Assembly: GCA_040217195.1 (NCBI GenBank) | Contig: JAVJNR010000004.1 | Coordinates: 448,001 to 512,000, forward strand | DNA: 64,000 nt | Source: Leptospiraceae bacterium | GTDB lineage: Bacteria; Spirochaetota; Leptospiria; Leptospirales; Leptonemataceae | Direction of reading: 5' to 3' | In this document: positions 20,412 to 30,061 of the stretch, piece after piece | Layout: each line of letters begins with the position of its first letter | Numbering within the stretch: position 1 is the stretch's first letter | The notes under the pieces: generated by a model | Databases searched by the model: none | What the model saw: the letters and a program-made list of their open reading frames with translations, nothing else | Told to the model about the DNA's origin: nothing | Position numbers and translations under genes: made by a program

Positions 20412-22151
20412 TCAAATGGACTTACCGCGAAATTCGAATCTGGTATGGCCAATCTGGATTTCATCGCCATTGCGCAGCGGCCTTGGACGAAGCACTCTCT
20501 TTCCATTTAAATAGGTACCTGTATCGCTTACCAGGTCAAAAAGTACATATTTCTGATCGATCTTTCGAACCTTTCCATGCAACATGGAGGCTGATTTATC
20601 CGCCACGACCAGACTTGCCATGGGGCTTCTTCCTATGTAGGTCTCTTCAAGAAATAAATCATATTCATTTCTTTGCCTGTAAGGATCTCCACCGACCAGC
20701 ACCAGAGTGGCATACTCATATCGACTGGCATCGCGCAATGCCATTTGAAGCACCTGATAGGACTTTTCTTTGAGCTCCAGGGAAATGGTTTCTGGACTGC
20801 GAGTTCTAAAAGGCATCTCGGATTGATATATTCTGGCCATTGCATCGTCGCTGGCCAGGGCTGTGGCCGCTGCTTTTTGACCTGCCTCCGATTGTGCAGA
20901 TTCTACAGGATAAGAATCAGGACCGGCCTGGTCGCCCGGCACACTTTCAGACACAGAAGTGGGCATGCCTTCCGGATTTTGGCTTCTTGCCAGAGCTTCC
21001 GTAAAATCCGTTATCTGACCAGGAGGCTGGGCTTCAAGCCGGGTTGGCTTTTCATGGTCCGCAGACCAGCCTTCCATGACCTCATCGCTCACAGGAGGTA
21101 GACGTTTGCGAGCCTGGGCTCTGCGAAGAACTATCCATAAGAATACAAAAAATGCAATTAACAGTAAAAGTCCCAGGCCAACAAGTATCCAGGCCAAAGA
21201 ATCCTTTCCGTCCAGAAAGCGAAAGGGAACCTTGTAGGTGTACTCTGCGAATCGATCCGGTTCGTTCAGATATTCTACTCGAACTTTAATTTCCTTGCCC
21301 GGATATCGGTTCCAGATTTCTGCAGCAGATTTATACTTAAGTGTAAAATGCGACCTTGACTCCGAGGACGGTTTTAGTCTGCCTGGTGGAAAGTTTCCTT
21401 TAAACACTTCTCCGCCGGTTTTAAGTGCAATCTTTTGAAATCGCTCCTCTCCTCGTGCTTTTCCGTTCAAGATTGTATAAACAGGAATCTTCGCATCCCG
21501 GGCTTCGCCTGCAATGGCAATTGCATCCTCTTCGGAAAGATAGGATCCTTCATCGCGACCATCAGTAAATAGAATTAGTCCGGAGCCCCGGGGTGAGTAG
21601 GCATCCCTGGCCTGGGTGGCATGATCCAGGCCAACATAAAGGGCATCATAAATTCTGGTTTTCATTCCGGTACGGTCAATGCCTTCAATACCGGCCAGAA
21701 CTCTGGCTCTTTCTGTAGATAAACCGGTCATGGACAGGATTTGAACTGGCTTTCCATTGATTCGATAGACCGCGACTCGGTCCGCATCTGGCAGGTTTCG
21801 CACAAATTCCAGAGCCGCTTTTCGAGAGCGCAGAAAATCCTTTTTGGGAACGGACTTTGTGGCATCGAGCACAACCACCCAGTTACTTCCGTTCTCCTGG
21901 GCGGAAACTACGGTGTCCAGATTCTGTGCCTGGCTGCCCGAGCCGTAGTCCTCATAGACAACAAAGGTAGGTTCTCCTTCCGCGGAGGAAGGAATTTCAA
22001 CAGTCACCTCCATTTCCGGGAAAGCTCTGTAGTCCACGCCAGTTATCTCCACATCCGCCAGCAATATGCCAGGAAGCAGAAAGCTCAGGATGAATAGAGA
22101 GCGTTCCAATAAATAGCGGAACCTGTCCATATCTGACATTATCGGACACAA
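20412..22151 (-). CDS. VWA domain - TM - cytoplasmic FHA domain protein
   Basis: MIDAS-like DATKS...T..YDAL...LFTDGRD, a TM helix (WILVGLGLLLLIAFFVFLWIVL) and FHA motifs IGRS...SMLHG...DLVSDTGTYLNG...LRNGDEIQIG. Confidence 0.88.
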   Translation of the reverse strand: MCPIMSDMDRFRYLLERSLFILSFLLPGILLADVEITGVDYRAFPEMEVTVEIPSSAEGEPTFVVYEDYGSGSQAQNLDTVVSAQENGSNWVVVLDATKSVPKKDFLRSRKAALEFVRNLPDADRVAVYRINGKPVQILSMTGLSTERARVLAGIEGIDRTGMKTRIYDALYVGLDHATQARDAYSPRGSGLILFTDGRDEGSYLSEEDAIAIAGEARDAKIPVYTILNGKARGEERFQKIALKTGGEVFKGNFPPGRLKPSSESRSHFTLKYKSAAEIWNRYPGKEIKVRVEYLNEPDRFAEYTYKVPFRFLDGKDSLAWILVGLGLLLLIAFFVFLWIVLRRAQARKRLPPVSDEVMEGWSADHEKPTRLEAQPPGQITDFTEALARSQNPEGMPTSVSESVPGDQAGPDSYPVESAQSEAGQKAAATALASDDAMARIYQSEMPFRTRSPETISLELKEKSYQVLQMALRDASRYEYATLVLVGGDPYRQRNEYDLFLEETYIGRSPMASLVVADKSASMLHGKVRKIDQKYVLFDLVSDTGTYLNGKRVLRPRPLRNGDEIQIGHTRFEFRGKSI

Positions 22152-22178
22152 AATGAATTGAAAAGCGGATTTTCCTGG

Positions 22179-22487
22179 TCAGCGCTGCTGCTGCGGAAAG
22201 TACATTCGGTTCATTTCACGTTGCTGTCTTTGATGCTCCTGGCCCTCAGGAGTAGAAAGAAAATAGGTTAAATAGCCAAAGTAAAGCCCCAGAATTAGAA
22301 AGCCACTTCCCATTATGGCAAGAGCCATCTTGCGGGGCCGATTCCAGGATTTCATATAATCCCGATGCAAAACACCCATTACCATCAAAATTAGATACAG
22401 GCCGCCAAATCCGGCCAGGATTGCAAAAAACAAAGAGTCCTCCTCTGGGGCTGCTGGATTCAGCGGTTCCAGTAGCGAAAAAATCAA
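22179..22487 (-). CDS. Small two-TM hypothetical membrane protein
   Basis: Two hydrophobic helices; fits the minus-strand gene run without overlap. Confidence 0.6.
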   Translation of the reverse strand: MIFSLLEPLNPAAPEEDSLFFAILAGFGGLYLILMVMGVLHRDYMKSWNRPRKMALAIMGSGFLILGLYFGYLTYFLSTPEGQEHQRQQREMNRMYFPQQQR

Positions 22488-22550
22488 TTCTTACGTGAAA
22501 TTCAACGGACATTACCGGACAGTATAAAGCCTGGCATAGAGCTCCAATCC

Positions 22551-23528
22551 CTAACTTCTGGATGCGATGGCAGCACCCAGGGGTCCTGCCAGATCTCCCA
22601 GTACGGCAAGTTGAAGCCTGGGCGCCGGTCCCATACAAAGAGATTCCAGTTTATTTCGCACCACAGGTAATAGATATTCACCCATGGCTTCCATGATACC
22701 ACCACCAAGAACAATACAATCCGGGGCCAGAAAGTTGGCCGTCTGGGAAATCCCAACGGCCAGGTATCCGGCATAATGCTCTTCCATTAATTCAACGGTG
22801 AATCCATCGCCCTTTTCATAGGCCTTCTTCAAGCTGGAACTCTTTACAGGCTGTTTCTTTAGATTATAATTTATGATCGATTTCAATCGGGTTTTCTTTT
22901 TGGCATCCAGGGCCTTAAGAATCTGAGCATTCAAAGCCCATTTGCCGATGTAGGCTTCCAGACAACCCTGGCGACCACAGCCGCATTTGCGCCCTGCGCT
23001 TCGAACAACCATATGGCCCACTTCACCGGCGGCTCCATCCTTTCCTTCCAGTAGCTTTCCGCCCAGGGCCACTGCGCCACCAATCCCGGTTCCGCAAAAA
23101 TATGCGACGGCGCAGACAGGGTCATCATCCATGCGATTCAATTCGCCCAGCAAACCAGCATTTACATCGTTTAAGAGAATTGTGCGTTCCTTCAGTTCTT
23201 GCGGCAAGTCCATGTCACGTACTGGCTTACACTGGGACCAGCCCAGGTTAGGGGCCACGAGAACGGAACCATGATCCGATTGCACCAGCCCTGGCACTCC
23301 CAGTCCAATCCCCTCCAGTTCATAGCTTTCCTCTTCCAGCCTCTTCTTCAATTCCTGGATCTGAAGCGCTACACGGTCGATGACATGAAGATAGCCCTCC
23401 CGGGCCTCAGTATCTATTTTTGAATGAAATATGGGATTGTATTGAGCATCGAATGCTACGGAATACAGATTGCTACCGCCCAGGTCCATACCCAGATAAG
23501 CTTTCCTTTTTGCGCCGAACAGTGACAT
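22551..23528 (-). CDS. ROK-family sugar kinase (glucokinase-like)
   Basis: GMDLGGS, NDVNAG, GTGIGG, GEVGH and the CGCGRQGCLE zinc motif; no N-terminal HTH. Confidence 0.93.
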   Translation of the reverse strand: MSLFGAKRKAYLGMDLGGSNLYSVAFDAQYNPIFHSKIDTEAREGYLHVIDRVALQIQELKKRLEEESYELEGIGLGVPGLVQSDHGSVLVAPNLGWSQCKPVRDMDLPQELKERTILLNDVNAGLLGELNRMDDDPVCAVAYFCGTGIGGAVALGGKLLEGKDGAAGEVGHMVVRSAGRKCGCGRQGCLEAYIGKWALNAQILKALDAKKKTRLKSIINYNLKKQPVKSSSLKKAYEKGDGFTVELMEEHYAGYLAVGISQTANFLAPDCIVLGGGIMEAMGEYLLPVVRNKLESLCMGPAPRLQLAVLGDLAGPLGAAIASRS

Positions 23529-23531
23529 GGA

Positions 23532-24131
23532 TTAGTCCAAACCAAAGAGTTCCTTTTCGATAAGGGAGCATAGGATCTGGCCAATCATGATATGGGATTC
23601 CTGGATTCGGGCCGTTTCATCGGATGGCACCACAATGGAAATATCTACAAGGTCCGAGCGATCTTTGAGAATCTTTCCTCCATCGCCACCTGTAAGCAGG
23701 ATGGTTCGTACCCCGGCCCGACGCCCCTCTTCCATGGCCAGTTCAATATTGCGAGAGTTCCCGGAAGTAGTGATTCCCACCAGGACATCCTCTGGTTTAC
23801 CGAAAGCTTCCAGCTGGCGGGCAAAAATCTGATCGTATCCATAATCGTTTCCGCAGGCAGTTATTACGCTTGGATCCACAGATAGAGAAAGAGCAGGCAG
23901 CGCCTTTCGCTCATTGCCGCCTTTATATCGAACCACCAGTTCAGCAGCAATGTGCTGTGCATCTCCAGCGGAACCGCCATTTCCACAAAACATTGCCTTT
24001 CTGCCTTTTTGTAATGACCGGGAAAGCATTCGGCCGGCGGCTACGATTTGATCCAGCAGCTCCGAATCCTGGAGGATTTTCTGCTTGGTTTCAATGGATC
24101 GCTCAATTTGCTCTTTTACCAGGTTCTGCAC
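23532..24131 (-). CDS. gmhA: D-sedoheptulose 7-phosphate isomerase
   Basis: [35 protein letters not shown]. Confidence 0.96.
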   Translation of the reverse strand: MQNLVKEQIERSIETKQKILQDSELLDQIVAAGRMLSRSLQKGRKAMFCGNGGSAGDAQHIAAELVVRYKGGNERKALPALSLSVDPSVITACGNDYGYDQIFARQLEAFGKPEDVLVGITTSGNSRNIELAMEEGRRAGVRTILLTGGDGGKILKDRSDLVDISIVVPSDETARIQESHIMIGQILCSLIEKELFGLD

Positions 24132-24235
24132 AATTCCAATTAGAGGTCTACGGTTTACCGGTCAAAGCCTTTCGGTACGGATCTACATTACAAATTGTGA
24201 AGTGCTGACCGGCCTGGTTTTCCGAAGTTTAGAGT

Positions 24236-24814
24236 ATGGACCGGCAAGAAGAGCTCGTATATGTTATTGATTTTATACTGAATCGAGCCGATCCCGAAGC
24301 GTTAGAAGCGGTAAGATTGGCCCTGGAACGCAAAGGAGCAGCTCAATCCCCTCGATTTACCGGTCCTCTGGGCGGTACCGGAATGACCTCGGATCAAGGG
24401 GACGTGATGGATATTCAAAGGATTGCCAAGAAGTATGCCGAGGAACTCCAATCCTCCATTGACATAGATGTTCCGGGAATGTCTCGCCGACTGGTGCGAA
24501 ATATGATCAAAACCCATGAACCCAGCATACCGCCCGAACACCTGGATGCCCTGGTAGAACATTTTGTGCCGGATCCCAATCGACCGGCACCGGGCAGTCA
24601 GATCCCCCACGATGTGCTGGTTTCCATGCTTCGCCAGTTTGTGGATTATTCCATTGGCCGTATGAAGGATCGAGAGTTAAAGGAGTTGAAAGCCGCATCT
24701 CCGGACTGGGTCGAAAGATACTGGAATGCTTTTCCGGACCCGGTCCGAAAAACCGTTTCGGATCTGATCCGCGGCAATATTGGAGAAAAGGAATTCTGGC
24801 AGAAAATCAATTGA
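24236..24814 (+). CDS. Hypothetical protein
   Basis: 192-aa helical ORF filling the space divergent from gmhA; no family recognised. Confidence 0.7.
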   Translation: MDRQEELVYVIDFILNRADPEALEAVRLALERKGAAQSPRFTGPLGGTGMTSDQGDVMDIQRIAKKYAEELQSSIDIDVPGMSRRLVRNMIKTHEPSIPPEHLDALVEHFVPDPNRPAPGSQIPHDVLVSMLRQFVDYSIGRMKDRELKELKAASPDWVERYWNAFPDPVRKTVSDLIRGNIGEKEFWQKIN

Positions 24815-24847
24815 ATTGAGAGGGCCTCTGATCTGTTCTGCTAGTCT

Positions 24848-26125
24848 GTGCATCTAGATCCCTTCCTACCGGTACGTCCAAGGGCAGACGCGAATATGCG
24901 TCAGAACTTTGAGGCTCTGTGCGAAATCTGTGGCCCTGGCCTTCCCGGCCGCGGCAAACTACTACATTCCATAAGTTATTACCCTCGATTACTGGAAGGG
25001 GCTTATGTGGCCGGATACGAAAATATTCCTCCCATCACCGAGGAGGCTCCCATCATGTGTTTTTCCCATAAGAAGATTCATGATGTAATGGCACTGGCTC
25101 AGTACATGATTGGTCGAGAGGTGAATCAGTTTCATGACCTGACTCTGGTAGCCCAGGGAGGCCTATTCCATGGTATATTCCCCTATCAAGATCTTGTTCC
25201 TTCCATTTTTAAGAACCGGGTTTTCAAAATGCCAGCAGGCTGGGGCTCCCGATTATTGGGTCGCTATTTTCGCGGATTGTTCGAAGATTTGAATGCCTAC
25301 CCGGTGTACCGAGATGGTGCCGATTTGCCGTTGAACGAAGCAGAATACAAGCATCCGAGCTTCGCAGGACCACATGTTACCGGGATGAACTTTCAGGACT
25401 TTCATAAGTATACCAGAAAGCAGACTGCCAAATCGGTACTTCAAGTGCAGCGCGATATGGTAGAAAGCAATCGGTCTTTTGTAATTTTACCGGAAGGTCG
25501 TTATTGTCATGATGGCAGAATCAGCGAATTGCTGGACCTGGCTGCCTTCGCATCCCATCGAAAATCCAGGCCCATTATATATACTACACTTTCCTACGAT
25601 GAACTCTGCCCGGATGCTATGGGCAAGATCGATGTCTTTATGTACACCGCTCCGCCGGTAGCGCCGCCAGAATCCAGAAACGATTTCAAAGCCCACATGA
25701 ATAAAGGTCGCACTCTGTTACAGAACAATACTACCATTGTTGCTTCCAGTATTCTGGCTGCCGCGACATTCAGTTTGCTGGAGCAAGGTCCAATCATTTC
25801 TCGCGAGGCTCTGAAGCAAAGATTCGAAGAATTCAGTCAGAAAGTACTGTCATCTGACTTGATTTACGATCCTAGATTAAAAGATTCAGAGTTTAGAAAG
25901 GAGAGATGCAACCGTTATATTTCTCGAAAAGCCTTTCGCTGGTTCTCTGTCCGCGGAGATGCAATGAAGGTCCGACCGAAAAGAATCCTGGCATACGATG
26001 ATGGTGAACGGACGGTCCCTGATCTTCTCTGGAACATAAACAATGCCATTCACATGGTGCCTCTGCTGGGCATGGACCCGGACCGAATCTCTCCTGATGT
26101 GTTTGAATCACTGGTCCAGGCCTGA
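24848..26125 (+). CDS. Divergent PlsC/GPAT-superfamily acyltransferase
   Basis: HxxxxD motif (SHKKIHD), AYPVYR and FVILPEG blocks in the order typical of lysophospholipid acyltransferases. Confidence 0.65.
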   Translation: MHLDPFLPVRPRADANMRQNFEALCEICGPGLPGRGKLLHSISYYPRLLEGAYVAGYENIPPITEEAPIMCFSHKKIHDVMALAQYMIGREVNQFHDLTLVAQGGLFHGIFPYQDLVPSIFKNRVFKMPAGWGSRLLGRYFRGLFEDLNAYPVYRDGADLPLNEAEYKHPSFAGPHVTGMNFQDFHKYTRKQTAKSVLQVQRDMVESNRSFVILPEGRYCHDGRISELLDLAAFASHRKSRPIIYTTLSYDELCPDAMGKIDVFMYTAPPVAPPESRNDFKAHMNKGRTLLQNNTTIVASSILAAATFSLLEQGPIISREALKQRFEEFSQKVLSSDLIYDPRLKDSEFRKERCNRYISRKAFRWFSVRGDAMKVRPKRILAYDDGERTVPDLLWNINNAIHMVPLLGMDPDRISPDVFESLVQA

Positions 26126-26241
26126 ATTGGACCGGTGAGGTTTTTCTAGAAAGCCGCCAGGGCACGCCCCCCGCCCGGAACGACCCTTCATTGCTAAAAT
26201 TCCTTGCCCCCTGGGGACCTATCTGCTATCTTGCTCATGGG

Positions 26242-26258
26242 ATACCCCCCTACCCTAT
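26242..26258 (+). promoter_or_regulatory. Possible CsoR/RcnR/FrmR/CstR-type operator
   Basis: ATACCCCCCTACCCTAT: a C-tract flanked by ATAC/TAT, 30 nt before the DUF2892-like gene. Imperfect palindrome. Confidence 0.4.
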
Positions 26259-26288
26259 ACTACCAGGCGGAATCCCCGGGAGATTTTT

Positions 26289-26528
26289 ATGACTGTAGAG
26301 CGAATTGTACGCATTGTTGCCGGATTCTTTGTACTTCTATCCCTTTCACTGGGCGTAGAAGCTAGTCCGGTGTTTCACCATCCATACTGGCTGTTTTTCA
26401 CCGTCTTTGTGGGCCTGAATCTATTTCAAAGCGGTTTTACCACCCTCTGTCCTCTGGCCATTATTCTGGGAAAGATTGGTGTAAAAACCGAAGCGGCCTG
26501 CGCCAGAGAAGCCCGGGGTCAGGCCTGA
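26289..26528 (+). CDS. DUF2892 / YgaP-like small membrane protein
   Basis: [12 protein letters not shown]...[27 protein letters not shown] is the characteristic pattern. Confidence 0.85.
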   Translation: MTVERIVRIVAGFFVLLSLSLGVEASPVFHHPYWLFFTVFVGLNLFQSGFTTLCPLAIILGKIGVKTEAACAREARGQA

Positions 26529-26584
26529 ACTGCCAGAACTGTTTCTATTAAGTTTTTTCTTCCCGGGGCGATATACGCTTCAGG

Positions 26585-27685
26585 ATGACAAACCATAACA
26601 TAAGATTACCCGAGCGCCTTATCGTGGCAGCACTGATTTTTCTGGCCGCACCCCTATTTTCGGAAGACCTGGACGATCCGAATCTTGATCCCGATCGCCG
26701 CAACGAAATCATTCAGTCCCAGGAAGATAAATGGGGATACGAAGAAGAATCGGTAAGGCTTCCGCAGAGAATCCAGGTTTCGGATATTCTTCGCAAAATG
26801 TTAAACTGCCCGACTCTCAGTTTCAACCCTCGCTATTTTCAAAAGTTGCGCCTGGGACCATTGAGCATCGAGGTTCCGGCCAATACATTCTCAGGCGAAT
26901 CAGTGGAAGTTCAGGCGCTGATTCTGCAGACTCCTGCGGACTATGCCCTTGCGGATATCTCCCTGGAATACAGAGAATCCGGTACGCCGGTTGTTCTGGA
27001 ATCCGATGGAATGTTTCAGCTCACTTTTCTGCAGGGCGGAAAACCAGTGGAACCCGCAAGTCCCATCACGGTAAAAATGTCCCCGCAGAGCGGAGATTCC
27101 ATGAATATGTATCGCCTGGACGGGGATTCCTGGACCGAAATGGGCTCCACTGGAATGGTCACAGACTGGCCGGAAGGATGCGATGTGCGGCGGGATGATC
27201 GAAATCCAGGTTTGATACTAGTTGAGTCACCCTACTGCGAAGGTGAGTATCCTGCTGTTAGAGTCTTTCGAGATATCACTCGCTCGGGCTGGTGGAACTT
27301 TGATAAACCGGCAGATAATATTACCTGTATTACCGGGGATTTTAACTCTCCGAATAAGAATTATACCGTTCTGTTGCGGGCTGTAGGTCTGGACTATCTG
27401 GGGCTCAGCCATGCAGTCATCAAGGGAAAACGATTTGGCATTAATGTAGCGGCGAATCAATCTGTAAAAGTGTACGCACTGGTCACAGATAAAGATAGCC
27501 GAAGCGTTTATGTGGGCAGTCTGGAGCCGGTAAAAACCCAGAATAAGACCGAGTTCATCGATGACAGGGACTTCAATGGATGCCAGGATGTAGGTAGTCT
27601 TAAACTGAAGCGATCAAGCGTAAGATTACTTACAGATAGAAAAGCATTTCTATCTGTCATAGGACTGCCCGAAGGCGGAATCTAA
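26585..27685 (+). CDS. Hypothetical exported protein
   Basis: Signal-peptide-like N-terminus and a beta-rich body (LESDGMFQL, GWWNFD). Confidence 0.7.
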   Translation: MTNHNIRLPERLIVAALIFLAAPLFSEDLDDPNLDPDRRNEIIQSQEDKWGYEEESVRLPQRIQVSDILRKMLNCPTLSFNPRYFQKLRLGPLSIEVPANTFSGESVEVQALILQTPADYALADISLEYRESGTPVVLESDGMFQLTFLQGGKPVEPASPITVKMSPQSGDSMNMYRLDGDSWTEMGSTGMVTDWPEGCDVRRDDRNPGLILVESPYCEGEYPAVRVFRDITRSGWWNFDKPADNITCITGDFNSPNKNYTVLLRAVGLDYLGLSHAVIKGKRFGINVAANQSVKVYALVTDKDSRSVYVGSLEPVKTQNKTEFIDDRDFNGCQDVGSLKLKRSSVRLLTDRKAFLSVIGLPEGGI

Positions 27686-27816
27686 AACCGGACCATAGTG
27701 GCTTTGCTTTCCATCTCCGGTTCTGATTTATAGAGATCTGGACTCTGTCACCAAACAAAGCGAAACTCTGCGAAGCAGTCAGGAATCAGGATCGAAGCGA
27801 AAGAAGCTTAAACGAA

Positions 27817-28917
27817 TTATAGAATTTCATCCAGGGCAGTCAAAAGTTGATCCATTTGCTGCCGGGTTCCTACGCTGATGCGAAGATACTCCTTCACCCT
27901 GTCTGCCGAAAAGTATCTGATCAAGATTCGTCGCTTTTCCAGAGCTCCATGAATACTCAAGGCCTGCTCGGCCGATGCAGCAGGAACTCGAGCCAGTATA
28001 AAATTCGCCGATGAAGGAAGGCATTCGAATCCTCTAGCAGTCAATCCCTGAACCAGATGTTGCCGGGCTGCCTTGATCTTTCTGGCATTTTCCTTTTGCC
28101 ACTCGGTATCCAGGATGGCTGCTCTGCCGGCCACCTGCGCCGCTCTGGAAAGGTTATAGGAATCTCGAATCTTATCTATCTGCTCGACGAGCTCTGGATG
28201 TGCAGCCATCCAGCCTATGCGAAGCCCGGCCAGTGACCAGGCCTTGGAGAATGTAGAGGTGCATATTAGATTGGGGTATTCGATGCCTGCCTTTTGCATA
28301 AAGTTTGAATCCGCAAAAGGGGCATAGGCCTCATCAAGAATGACCCATCCTGGAAATGCTCGAATAAATCGATCCAGATCATCAACAGACTCTGCGATGC
28401 CGGTGGGCGCATTGGGCATGGCCATAATGGCAACTCGGGCTGGATTACCTTGCTGCGCGGACTCAAGCATTCCCTCAAAATCAATGCGAAAATCAGTGTT
28501 CAGAGGAACTGTGCGAAACTTCAGTCCAGTGGCTTCTGCAAGAATCGGGTATAAGCTGTAAGTAGGATCTGGCATTACGAAACTCTGACCCGGATCCAGA
28601 AGCCCGCGAAAAAGTAGAGCCAGGATTTCATCGGATCCATTACCTGCCAGAACTGTTCCAGCCTTTAGGTGCAGAGCTTCCTCTATAGCATGACGCAATT
28701 CATGTGATCTGGGCGAAGGATATTTTTCCAGAGATGTTCGCTCCGGATCGGCAAGATCTCTTAGAGCTTTTTGAACGTCCGGTGATGGAGGAAAGGGATT
28801 TTCATTACTATTAAGCTTTAGGATTTCCGGGTCGTTCTTCTGTAATCCAGGAACGTAACCATGCATTTGACGCACACGTTCGGGTAAGAGCTCTAACAGT
28901 TCCTGGATATTGTCCAC
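27817..28917 (-). CDS. hisC: Histidinol-phosphate aminotransferase
   Basis: KLNSNENPFPP, GNGSDE, PNAPTG, DEAY, TFSKAWSLAGLRIG. Confidence 0.95.
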   Translation of the reverse strand: MDNIQELLELLPERVRQMHGYVPGLQKNDPEILKLNSNENPFPPSPDVQKALRDLADPERTSLEKYPSPRSHELRHAIEEALHLKAGTVLAGNGSDEILALLFRGLLDPGQSFVMPDPTYSLYPILAEATGLKFRTVPLNTDFRIDFEGMLESAQQGNPARVAIMAMPNAPTGIAESVDDLDRFIRAFPGWVILDEAYAPFADSNFMQKAGIEYPNLICTSTFSKAWSLAGLRIGWMAAHPELVEQIDKIRDSYNLSRAAQVAGRAAILDTEWQKENARKIKAARQHLVQGLTARGFECLPSSANFILARVPAASAEQALSIHGALEKRRILIRYFSADRVKEYLRISVGTRQQMDQLLTALDEIL

Positions 28918-28988
28918 ATCTCCAACAATGGAAGAGCCTCTGTGATTTCATCTAAATTTTACCAGGCCTGGTTCAAAATTCAGTGAAT

Positions 28989-29789
28989 CTAGCCGGGCTC
29001 TATTTCCACTTCCTTTAAGTTATAGCCCGGACGACCAAAGTAAAATCCCTGCCTGAGGTCGATCCCCAGGTTTAGAATGGAATGAAATTCCGCACCGGTC
29101 TCAATTCCTTCTGCAATTACTTTTATTTTCAAACGTTCGCAGATTCGAACCAGGTTTTCTACGATAACATACTTAACCGGTTCCCGGTGGATATTTTGTA
29201 TAAAAAATCTATCAATTTTCAAGTAATCAGGCTGAATGGATGCCAGCATCTTCAAACCTGCATAGCCAGCCCCGAAGTCATCTATGGCTATCCTGTAGCC
29301 CTGATCTCTATAATGTGCGATGGTTCTTGTAAACAAATCAAAGTTCTGTATTGCCGTTTCTTCTGTAATCTCCAGAACTACCTGATCCTTGCGCATACCG
29401 GATAATTCCACCAGTTCATCCGTCAGTCCTACAGAGTGCTGAGGACTTAACAGGCTTTCCGGACATATATTGATGAACAGCCGATTCTTCCATTGCTGGG
29501 AGGCTGCTTCCTCAATAATTTGCTTTCTGCAATAAAAGTCCAGATCCATGATCCAGCTCGAGGATCTGGCCTTTTGGAATACATGTTCCGTTGAAATGGG
29601 ACTACCTTCCAGAACCCCGCTCTGGCTGTTTCGCCGGGAATACTCTACGGCTTGCGCGAAGCGCATCAGCGCTTCCACACCATGTAATTTGCCATCCGGT
29701 TCGTAAATTGGCTGAAAAGCCACTCGAGCGAAGTCAAAGCCCAGAGCGGATTGCACCAGAGAAGTAGAATGAGATTCGGCCACGGACAT
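28989..29789 (-). CDS. Stand-alone EAL domain c-di-GMP phosphodiesterase
   Basis: FQPI, EALMR, LFINI, LEITE, IDDFGAG, LKID, AEGIE, QGFYFGRP. Confidence 0.92.
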   Translation of the reverse strand: MSVAESHSTSLVQSALGFDFARVAFQPIYEPDGKLHGVEALMRFAQAVEYSRRNSQSGVLEGSPISTEHVFQKARSSSWIMDLDFYCRKQIIEEAASQQWKNRLFINICPESLLSPQHSVGLTDELVELSGMRKDQVVLEITEETAIQNFDLFTRTIAHYRDQGYRIAIDDFGAGYAGLKMLASIQPDYLKIDRFFIQNIHREPVKYVIVENLVRICERLKIKVIAEGIETGAEFHSILNLGIDLRQGFYFGRPGYNLKEVEIEPG

Positions 29790-29888
29790 AGGGTTAGCTA
29801 ATCCAGAGAATATTACCTTCCGTTTACAGAGCTATAACGGAAGGAAATCCGATGGATCAGCCCGGGCTCAGAACTGTAGCAGAACCGC

Positions 29889-29922
29889 CCCCTGATGCCC
29901 CTGATGCCCCTGATGCCCCTGA
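29889..29922. repeat. Tandem repeat (CCCCTGATG) x ~3.8
   Basis: cccctgatg cccctgatg cccctgatg cccctga in the intergenic region between two divergent c-di-GMP genes. Confidence 0.95.
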
Positions 29923-30061
29923 CCTGAAGAAAGTCAGAAGTTCATACCGAGCAAATCAGTTTCTTTTTGCAGAATCCACCCATGAATGCAGGGGACCAGA
30001 AACAGATGTTGAATAAATTTTAATGACTTAATTAGCCTCACCATCAAAATCCACCGTTACA

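Noticed and set aside
29889..29922. Repeat considered as a CRISPR remnant
   Set aside because: 9-bp units with no spacers, and no cas genes in the window.
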